A stretch of DNA of 64,000 nucleotides from Chthonomonas sp. (lineage in GTDB: Bacteria; Armatimonadota; Fimbriimonadia; Fimbriimonadales; Fimbriimonadaceae), in contig JAYUVF010000002.1 of the NCBI GenBank assembly GCA_043754215.1, forward strand, positions 42,317 through 106,316, given 5' to 3'. Under the pieces are notes generated by a model. It ran no database searches. It saw nothing but the letters and a program-made list of their open reading frames with translations, and had not been told where the DNA came from. The translations under genes were made by a program, and so were the position numbers. Below are positions 57,803 through 64,000 of the stretch, piece after piece; the first letter of the stretch is position 1; every line of letters begins with the position of its first letter.

Positions 57803-58374
57803 TGTCGGCAGATCTCTTCGTATTTTTCCGGCTGGGGCGTGGATATCACTTGGCCCCGCCGCCCCCACGCGATCAGCTTTGGATCGGCAATGCTGGAGTT
57901 ATCGTACACCTTCCAGGTGTCCGCCAGCTCTTGATAGAGTGAAAAGAAGAGAGAAATACCTGCACGGTAGCGTCGGCGGATGGTTTCTTCGGGGACATCG
58001 TGGCCTCCCGCCCGCACGCGCGCCGCGACCCGATGCACCGCCATCTCGTCGCTCGGCATCCACAGAAAAATCAAATGCGTTTCGTATCCGGACTCCATCA
58101 GCCGAGCCAAACGCGGTCCCAGCTTTTTCGTGGCTAGGGTGGTTTCGATCGCGAAGTCCGCCCGATTCGCCTCTAAATCGTCGAGCCTCCCCACCAATAT
58201 TCGCCCGGCTTGCAGGTCGGCGGTGGTGCTGCGAGCGCCGCTCAGCTCTTGCGCGATCATATCTGCGTTGATAAAGCTCATTCCGGGCGGGAGCAACAAT
58301 TCGGCGCAGGTGCTCTTGCCCGAGCCATTGGGCCCGGCAATGACGACCGCTTGAGGGGGTTCGATTGTGTTCAT
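57787..58374 (-). CDS. Zeta-toxin-like / COG4185-type P-loop ATPase
   Basis: Walker A VVIAGPNGSGKST, with a kinase-like small P-loop fold. The start is set at MNTIEPP. Confidence 0.7.
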   Translation of the reverse strand: MNTIEPPQAVVIAGPNGSGKSTCAELLLPPGMSFINADMIAQELSGARSTTADLQAGRILVGRLDDLEANRADFAIETTLATKKLGPRLARLMESGYETHLIFLWMPSDEMAVHRVAARVRAGGHDVPEETIRRRYRAGISLFFSLYQELADTWKVYDNSSIADPKLIAWGRRGQVISTPQPEKYEEICRQWKKA

Positions 58375-58534
58375 AGCCGCGGGTGACGTATCGCACATTG
58401 AGATACGCCACCTGAGCCATTTGCGTTCAAATGAACGTAACTATAAAGGCGGCGCCAAAGAGGGAATCTGATAAGGCGCAAGATTGAAAGATGAATTGCC
58501 GATGCGAAGCGCGCGTAGAGGATAAAATCAGCTA

Positions 58535-60004
58535 ATGGCTTTACCTAGGATCATTCAAGGCGGCATGGGCGTCGGGGTGTCTGACTGGCGGCTTGCGCGA
58601 GCGGTATCTCAACGAGGGCAATTGGGCGTGGTTTCAGGCACGGCGCTTGATATCATGTTGGCGCGGCGATTGCAACTTGGCGACCTTGACGGGCGCATGC
58701 GACACGCGATGGCCCACTTTCCACTCAAGGAGATGGCCGACCGCATCCTCGAAAAATTTTATGTCGCGGGTGGAAAGTTGAAGGCCACGCCGTTCAAATC
58801 AAAGCCGATGCCGTCTGCCACGCCGGGTATGGCCGCGCTCGAGCTAATGGTCGTGGCCAATTTTGTGGAAGTGTTCCTAGCTAAAGAAGGGCACAAAGGA
58901 CTTGTTGGGGTCAATCTGCTCGTGAAGATTCAGGTTCCCACGGTGCCGTCGCTTTTCGGCGCGATGCTGGCTGGCGTGGATTTCGTTCTGATGGGCGCTG
59001 GAATCCCGAGGGCAATTCCGGGCATCCTGGATAAGCTATCTCGGCTTGAACCGGCTTCTTTACCAATCGACGTCAGCGGTGCTCAGCCGGGAGACAATTT
59101 CGCCGCGGAATTCGATCCTACGCCGTTTGTCCCCCCTGGGGTGACGGAGCTCAAACGCCCGAACTTCTTGGCGATTGTCACCTCAGCTTCGCTGGCTACG
59201 ATGTTGGCCCGTAAGGCCAGTGGCAAGGTCAATGGCTTCGTGGTTGAGGGAGCTACCGCTGGTGGACACAATGCGCCGCCTCGCGGTGCGCTGGAGTTGA
59301 ACGAAATCGGCGAGCCCATTTATGGACCCCGGGACGTGCCCGATCTTCAGGCATTCCGCGACTTGGGCCTGCCGTTTTGGTTGGCGGGTTCGTACGGTAG
59401 TCGGGAAGGACTCAAGGAAGCCCTCGGCGAGGGCGCTGCAGGAATTCAGGTCGGTACCGCGTTTGCTTTTTGCCAAGATTCGGGCATCGATCCGGCGGTG
59501 AAAGCCAAGGTAATTGACACGGTGTTGGCCGGCCAAGCACATGTTCGGACGGACCCACTCGCTTCGCCCACGGGCTACCCCTTTAAGGTGGTTGAGCTAC
59601 CGGACACGGTCTCGGATCCCGTCGAATACGCCCAACGGACGCGCATCTGCGACCTCGGCTACTTGAGAGAGCCCTACCGACTCGATAATGGGACGCTCGG
59701 ATACCGGTGCGCCTCAGAACCGGTCGAAGATTACGTGAAGAAGGGTGGCGATCCGGCGGATTGCGTCGGGCGCAAGTGCATCTGCAACGGCCTCGCCTCA
59801 ACAGTGGGCATCGCTCAGATGCGCAAGGACGGATATCTGGAGCAGGCCATTGTGACGGCGGGCGACCAGGTCACTGGCATCGGCAAGTTCTTGAAGCCCG
59901 GACAGCGCGAATACACGGCGATGGATGTATTGGATCAACTTTTAGGGGTCGAGTCGTTTTCAGAGCCAGAGGTCGAGCAGAACACACCCCAACACGCCCA
60001 TTGA
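58535..60004 (+). CDS. Nitronate monooxygenase (NMO/FMN-dependent 2-nitropropane dioxygenase-like) family protein
   Basis: IIQGGMGVGVSDWRLARAVSQRGQLGVVSG N-terminus, GFVVEGATAGGH, 489 aa. Confidence 0.7.
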   Translation: MALPRIIQGGMGVGVSDWRLARAVSQRGQLGVVSGTALDIMLARRLQLGDLDGRMRHAMAHFPLKEMADRILEKFYVAGGKLKATPFKSKPMPSATPGMAALELMVVANFVEVFLAKEGHKGLVGVNLLVKIQVPTVPSLFGAMLAGVDFVLMGAGIPRAIPGILDKLSRLEPASLPIDVSGAQPGDNFAAEFDPTPFVPPGVTELKRPNFLAIVTSASLATMLARKASGKVNGFVVEGATAGGHNAPPRGALELNEIGEPIYGPRDVPDLQAFRDLGLPFWLAGSYGSREGLKEALGEGAAGIQVGTAFAFCQDSGIDPAVKAKVIDTVLAGQAHVRTDPLASPTGYPFKVVELPDTVSDPVEYAQRTRICDLGYLREPYRLDNGTLGYRCASEPVEDYVKKGGDPADCVGRKCICNGLASTVGIAQMRKDGYLEQAIVTAGDQVTGIGKFLKPGQREYTAMDVLDQLLGVESFSEPEVEQNTPQHAH

Positions 60005-60853
60005 GACGTACCCGTTGAGGGAGAAGAAGGCGAGGTTTACCTTGCTGAGGTCGTCGGGCTTGACCAAGCTCTGTTCGTAGGCCAGTAGAGCCGCTGCGAG
60101 GGCGACTCCGGCCCAGGAGGCCCATCCGCCGCCAAAACTCCACACCGCCCCGGCTAGGGCGAATACCGCAGCTACGTGGCTGGCTCGACTGATTGCTAGC
60201 GCGCGAGTGCGACCGAACCGGCTGGGGATGCTCTTCAGCCCTTTCTCGCGGTCGAAATCGTCGTCTTGCAGGGCGTAGATGATATCGAAGCCCGCCGTCC
60301 AGAACGTGACGGCGGCGGTCAGTAGAAGCGGCACCAGACTGAGACTGCCCGTCACAGCGATCCACGCCGCGGCGGGGGCGATTCCGAGACTGAATCCGAG
60401 CACGTAGTGGCAGAGCCAAGTGAATCGCTTCGTGAGGCTGTATCCGAGCGTGAACAGAAGCGCGATTGGGCTCAGGGCCAACGTGAGTGAGTTCAGCATC
60501 GCGGCGGCCAGCAGGAAGATCGCAATGCTCACGACAAGAAACAGGTTGGCTTGGCGAAGCTGGAGCAGCCCGGCGGGCAGGGCGCGCATGATAGTGCGCG
60601 GGTTTTCGGCGTCGATGTTGCGGTCGGCGATCCGGTTGAACGCCATCGCGGCGCTTCGGCAGCTCACCATCGCCAGCACGATCCACCCGAACTTGGCAAA
60701 ACCAGGCCATCCACTGCCGCCGAGGCTGACTGAGCCCCATATCATCCCGATCATCGCGAAGGGGAGGGCAAAGATCGAATGCTCGATCTTGATCATTTCG
60801 AGAAAGACGCGGACGGCGGCCCACCCGCGAGCGGGGGCCACGCTCATAGGCAA
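59960..60853 (-). CDS. UbiA-family aromatic prenyltransferase (MqnP-like)
   Basis: IKIEHSIFALPFAMIGM, NRIADRNIDAENPRT and YALQDDDFDREKG Asp-rich motifs in a polytopic protein. Confidence 0.8.
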   Translation of the reverse strand: MPMSVAPARGWAAVRVFLEMIKIEHSIFALPFAMIGMIWGSVSLGGSGWPGFAKFGWIVLAMVSCRSAAMAFNRIADRNIDAENPRTIMRALPAGLLQLRQANLFLVVSIAIFLLAAAMLNSLTLALSPIALLFTLGYSLTKRFTWLCHYVLGFSLGIAPAAAWIAVTGSLSLVPLLLTAAVTFWTAGFDIIYALQDDDFDREKGLKSIPSRFGRTRALAISRASHVAAVFALAGAVWSFGGGWASWAGVALAAALLAYEQSLVKPDDLSKVNLAFFSLNGYVSMGVLGCVLLDLWL

Positions 60854-61620
60854 AAACCGCTGTCGGGCGGGAGAAACGCGACCGCCTTTGGAAACGGGCG
60901 GACATTCAAGAGCTTGTTGACGTCAAGGGGGGCGCCATCGGCGAATCGGACATCCGCGCCAATCTCTTGGGCGATGCAGATCGTCGCGGCGGCGTCGTAG
61001 AGAGCCGCTTTGTCACTTAGCATGGCGCGGTAAATGCCCTCCAGAAACATTGTCGAATCGGCCACGAATGCCCCGAGGTAGCGCATCTTCCCGGGGAGGT
61101 TGACGCTCCCGTATCGGGTAAGCGTAAGGTCGCCGTAGCTCACCAGCTCAGTAGCCTCGATTGGCCCGGGGCGAATGGGATCGAGCGGAATGCCATTCAC
61201 GGTTGCGCCGTGGCCTTTCATGCCGGCGTAAACCTTGCCGAGGTCCGGCATTGCAATGACACCGAGCTTCACTTGGTTGTCCAAAATTAGACCGAGCGAC
61301 ACCCCCCAATGCGGGGAGCCGTAGCGGTAGTTGCTTGTGCCGTCGATCGGGTCGAGGGCCCAAAGGCCGCCCGGCCCGGGTTCGCGATATCCTTCTTCTT
61401 CTCCCCAAATGGTGGAGCCAGGAAGGGCTTCGGGAAGACGCTCGCGGAAAAATCGTTCGATGCGCTTGTCGGCGTGAGTGACGATACTGCCGTCTGCCTT
61501 GAGCTCCGCACCGAGATCACATTTGATCTCTAGCGCCATCTGCGAGGCCTCGTGCATCCATTCAACGATCTGGGAAAGCAACTGAGGTCCAAGTTCCGGC
61601 ACAGGACAATTATGGCCCAC
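60844..61620 (-). CDS. Inositol monophosphatase family protein
   Basis: WALDPIDGTSNY motif with a downstream GAFVADS-type region. GTG start. Confidence 0.8.
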   Translation of the reverse strand: MGHNCPVPELGPQLLSQIVEWMHEASQMALEIKCDLGAELKADGSIVTHADKRIERFFRERLPEALPGSTIWGEEEGYREPGPGGLWALDPIDGTSNYRYGSPHWGVSLGLILDNQVKLGVIAMPDLGKVYAGMKGHGATVNGIPLDPIRPGPIEATELVSYGDLTLTRYGSVNLPGKMRYLGAFVADSTMFLEGIYRAMLSDKAALYDAAATICIAQEIGADVRFADGAPLDVNKLLNVRPFPKAVAFLPPDSGFCL

Positions 61621-61666
61621 CCTCTTGCGCCTCGTTTCGGAGCGGGGTATAACCTTGGGAACGCTA

Positions 61667-61741
61667 GCGGGCGTAGCTCAGTGGTAGAGCATCTCGTTGC
61701 CAACGAGAGGGTCGAGGGTTCGAATCTCTTCGCCCGCTCCA
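61667..61741 (+). tRNA. tRNA-Gly (anticodon GCC), CCA encoded
   Basis: Hand-folded cloverleaf: acceptor GCGGGCG/CGCCCGC, D-arm GCTC-AGTGGTA-GAGC, anticodon stem TCTCG/CGAGA with loop TTGCCAA, T-arm GAGGG-TTCGAAT-CTCTT (2 G-U pairs), discriminator T and CCA. Confidence 0.9.
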
Positions 61742-61750
61742 AATTTGAAA

Positions 61751-61778
61751 AGACACCCCGAATTGGGGTGTCTTTTTT
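61751..61778. terminator. Rho-independent terminator after tRNA-Gly, likely bidirectional
   Basis: AGACACCCC-gaatt-GGGGTGTCT is followed by TTTTT. An A/T-rich tract on the other side faces the convergent WG-repeat gene. Confidence 0.65.
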
Positions 61779-61792
61779 CTTCGGGCAGACCG

Positions 61793-62914
61793 TTACCTGC
61801 TCGGCTCCCAGACAACCTTTCCGGCACGATTGATGTAGCCCTGCTTGCGGTTGTTCACGGGACCAATCGTAATCGAGGCAAGACCTTTTGTAAAAGATCC
61901 GACTTGATCGTACTTCAAGGGGATAACAGTGGCACCCTTCTTATCAATAAATCCCCATTTCTCAGAGCCATTAACTGCTTTCATGACCGCAGCGAGTCCC
62001 TCCGAGAACCCAAGCGCAGCGCGGAACTGCGGCTTGATTACCATCGTGTTGCTTTTGTCGATATAGCCGTGCAAACCGCGCTCTTCCTGGGTTTGTGGCG
62101 CGACTGCGGCCAACCCTTCTGAAAATGCCCAAGCCATTTGAAATTGGGGATTGATTGTAAATTTGCCAGTCCGGTCAATGTAGCCCCAGAGAGACGACTT
62201 CCCCTGGGCCACCGCAACGGGTGCCCACTCTTCGTTGAATGGCCATCCGTTTTTGAACCTCGCATTAAAGGCCAGTTTGCCTGTCCTGTCCACGTAGCCC
62301 ACTCTCCTGTCTCGATCCTCACCAATCCAGACCAAGGCACGACCCTCGCTAAGGGGGTGGAGAAGCTTGAACGTTTGGGAGCTTACAGGCTCACCTGTTC
62401 GGTCGATCATCTGCGCACCGCGAGAGACAGTCTCCGGGTAAAAGGCCGCTCGGCCGTTCTTAAACGGGCTTCCATCCCCCTTACGAGGTTGAATGACATA
62501 CTTCCCGCTTCGATCGATATACCCAAAGGAGTAAGGAGCCTCTTCGCTAGTACTCACGCCAGCCAAGCCGTCAGAAAAGCTCAGTGCGAACTCGTAAGTC
62601 GTGGGTATCACGAGTTTGCCTTGGCGGTTAATGTAGCCCGCCTTGCGGGTCCTCTCATCGCCGACAGAGACCAAGGCTAAATCTTCAGAAAAGGGGTGGG
62701 CCTCATAGAATTGAGGTGCAATCGCCATTTCTCCTTTCTGGTTGATGTAGCCCAGCTTTCCGTTCACCGTGACCGGGAACAGGTGCGTTCGATCGATGGG
62801 CTGTGCTGCCCCGCAACCGGCGATAACCGTGGCTATCGCGGCCCAGATCAAAATCACAGCGGAGGTACGGCCGCCCTTTCCAATCGTTCTTGCCAGCTTC
62901 CCGATTTTCAGCAT
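61793..62914 (-). CDS. WG-repeat lipoprotein
   Basis: Eight repeats of the form (K/L)(W/L)GYI(D/N)xxGKxVIxPxFxxAxxFSEGLAxV. The start is set at MLKIGK, with lipobox-like IAGCG. The longer ORF overlaps the divergent dus gene. Confidence 0.75.
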   Translation of the reverse strand: MLKIGKLARTIGKGGRTSAVILIWAAIATVIAGCGAAQPIDRTHLFPVTVNGKLGYINQKGEMAIAPQFYEAHPFSEDLALVSVGDERTRKAGYINRQGKLVIPTTYEFALSFSDGLAGVSTSEEAPYSFGYIDRSGKYVIQPRKGDGSPFKNGRAAFYPETVSRGAQMIDRTGEPVSSQTFKLLHPLSEGRALVWIGEDRDRRVGYVDRTGKLAFNARFKNGWPFNEEWAPVAVAQGKSSLWGYIDRTGKFTINPQFQMAWAFSEGLAAVAPQTQEERGLHGYIDKSNTMVIKPQFRAALGFSEGLAAVMKAVNGSEKWGFIDKKGATVIPLKYDQVGSFTKGLASITIGPVNNRKQGYINRAGKVVWEPSR

Positions 62915-63011
62915 ACAACGGATAGAAACGTGGATATGCCACTTCTGGTTTCCGGACTTAGTGAGAGGGAGGACAGATAACGCCGCCCGGATACAATAGG
63001 GAACTCGGCCC

Positions 63012-63962
63012 ATGCTTCTCCTTGACCGACCCGCCCTTGTTCTAGCGCCAATGGATGGCATCACCGATGCCCCCATGCGCGATTTTCTGGGCGGCTTTGG
63101 GGCGTTTAGCTATGCGGTGACGGAGTTCATTCGGGTCAGCCAAGAAGCGCTTCCCGTCAAGGTCTTCCGTCGTGAGGTCCCCGAACTGGAATCGGGCGGT
63201 AAGACCAGCACTGGCATCCCCGTTCAGATCCAGCTCTTGGGGGGTGACCCGGACCGGATGGCGGGATCTGCGGTTAGCGCGGTGAAGGCCGGTGCGACTT
63301 GCATTGATATCAATTTCGGATGCCCGGCCCCGGTCGTAAATCGTCATGATGGCGGAGCGTCACTCCTCCGGTATCCGTGCCGAATCCGGGATCTAGTGCG
63401 AGCAGTGCGGGAGGCGGTTCCTTCGGATATCCCAGTCTCGGCCAAGCTCCGGCTCGGATGGGAGAGCATCGAGGACATTCACGAAAATGCCCAAATGGCG
63501 GCAGAAGGGGGTGCGAGTTGGTTGACTATTCACGCTCGAACGAGGACCCAGGGCTACCAGCCGCCGGTCTACTGGAAGCCCCTCGGCGTAGTGCGGCAGA
63601 ACCTGGACATCCCGGTGATCGCGAACGGGGATATCTGGACGCTGGATGATTTCAAGCTCTGCCAGGATCAGACCGGGTGCCGCCACTTCATGATCGGGCG
63701 TAGCGCCCTCGCGAACCCGAGATTGTCTCATGAGATCGCACAGGAGCTAGGGCTACCGGCACTTAATCCGCTCCCATCACTTGACTGGCTCATCAATTTC
63801 CAACGACTCGCAAATCACCTCGGCTCAGACAACGCCGCGAAGACCATCCTGCGCCTCAAGCAATGGATGAAACTGGGGGCCAAGCACGGGAACTTCGCCA
63901 GGTTCGACGACGTGAAGCTGGCGAAGACCGTGCCCGAATTGTTTGCGCTGCTAAGAGCCTAG
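63012..63962 (+). CDS. tRNA-dihydrouridine synthase (DusC/DusA-like)
   Basis: LVLAPMDGITDAPMRDF, IDINFGCP, LTIHARTR motifs, 316 aa. Confidence 0.85.
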   Translation: MLLLDRPALVLAPMDGITDAPMRDFLGGFGAFSYAVTEFIRVSQEALPVKVFRREVPELESGGKTSTGIPVQIQLLGGDPDRMAGSAVSAVKAGATCIDINFGCPAPVVNRHDGGASLLRYPCRIRDLVRAVREAVPSDIPVSAKLRLGWESIEDIHENAQMAAEGGASWLTIHARTRTQGYQPPVYWKPLGVVRQNLDIPVIANGDIWTLDDFKLCQDQTGCRHFMIGRSALANPRLSHEIAQELGLPALNPLPSLDWLINFQRLANHLGSDNAAKTILRLKQWMKLGAKHGNFARFDDVKLAKTVPELFALLRA

Positions 63963-64000
63963 TCCGTCAAACTTCGTAGGTGTAGCTCCGCGTGTGGGCG

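Noticed and set aside
59871-60905. 344-aa minus-strand ORF overlapping the UbiA-family gene in another frame
   Set aside because: It is R/P-rich with no motifs. The 59960-60853 frame carries the UbiA Asp-rich motifs and hydrophobic helices.
61621-61800. tRNA-Gly as a possible genomic-island integration site
   Set aside because: No integrase, no direct repeat of the tRNA 3' end, and no compositional break were seen downstream. The neighbours are an ordinary WG-repeat lipoprotein and dus.

Overview
High-GC bacterial chromosomal window (GC judged by eye only), densely coding on both strands: about 55 CDS and one tRNA-Gly. No rRNA, CRISPR array, transposase or integrase was found. Housekeeping genes: nrdR-nrdJ (class II ribonucleotide reductase), murJ, glgA, pepA, pheT, ligA, an OGG1-type glycosylase, murA-mreB, two futalosine-route menaquinone genes (MqnA/D-family, UbiA/MqnP-like), an FNR-type flavoprotein, an aldo/keto reductase and a Dus enzyme. 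Accessory content has three themes. (1) Exported proteins carry one of two C-terminal tags: PEP-CTERM (3 genes), or a conserved beta-sandwich plus twin-dockerin cassette (6 genes, including a 1610-aa beta-helix protein and a 3-gene metalloprotease operon). (2) Toxin-antitoxin and nuclease genes are scattered through the window: HEPN/MNT, RES/Xre, a zeta-like ATPase pair, DUF559, a PD-(D/E)XK nuclease, a methyltransferase fused to an Mrr-like domain, and a 178-aa PLMP-like+HNH protein. (3) Unusual non-coding DNA includes two families of GC-rich palindromic repeat elements, one of them inserted twice in-frame in nrdJ, and a 21-bp x ~10 tandem array. The two best candidates for something undescribed are: (a) the IshB-like PLMP+HNH mini-protein with a 357-bp ORF-free, structured upstream leader (47227-48179), a possible omega-RNA/HEARO-like or riboregulated module; (b) the 21-bp tandem array between the methyltransferase-Mrr fusion and an orphan FN3-tailed protein (35715-35924). 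All functional calls come from motif recognition in the supplied translations. No database search or RNA folding was run.
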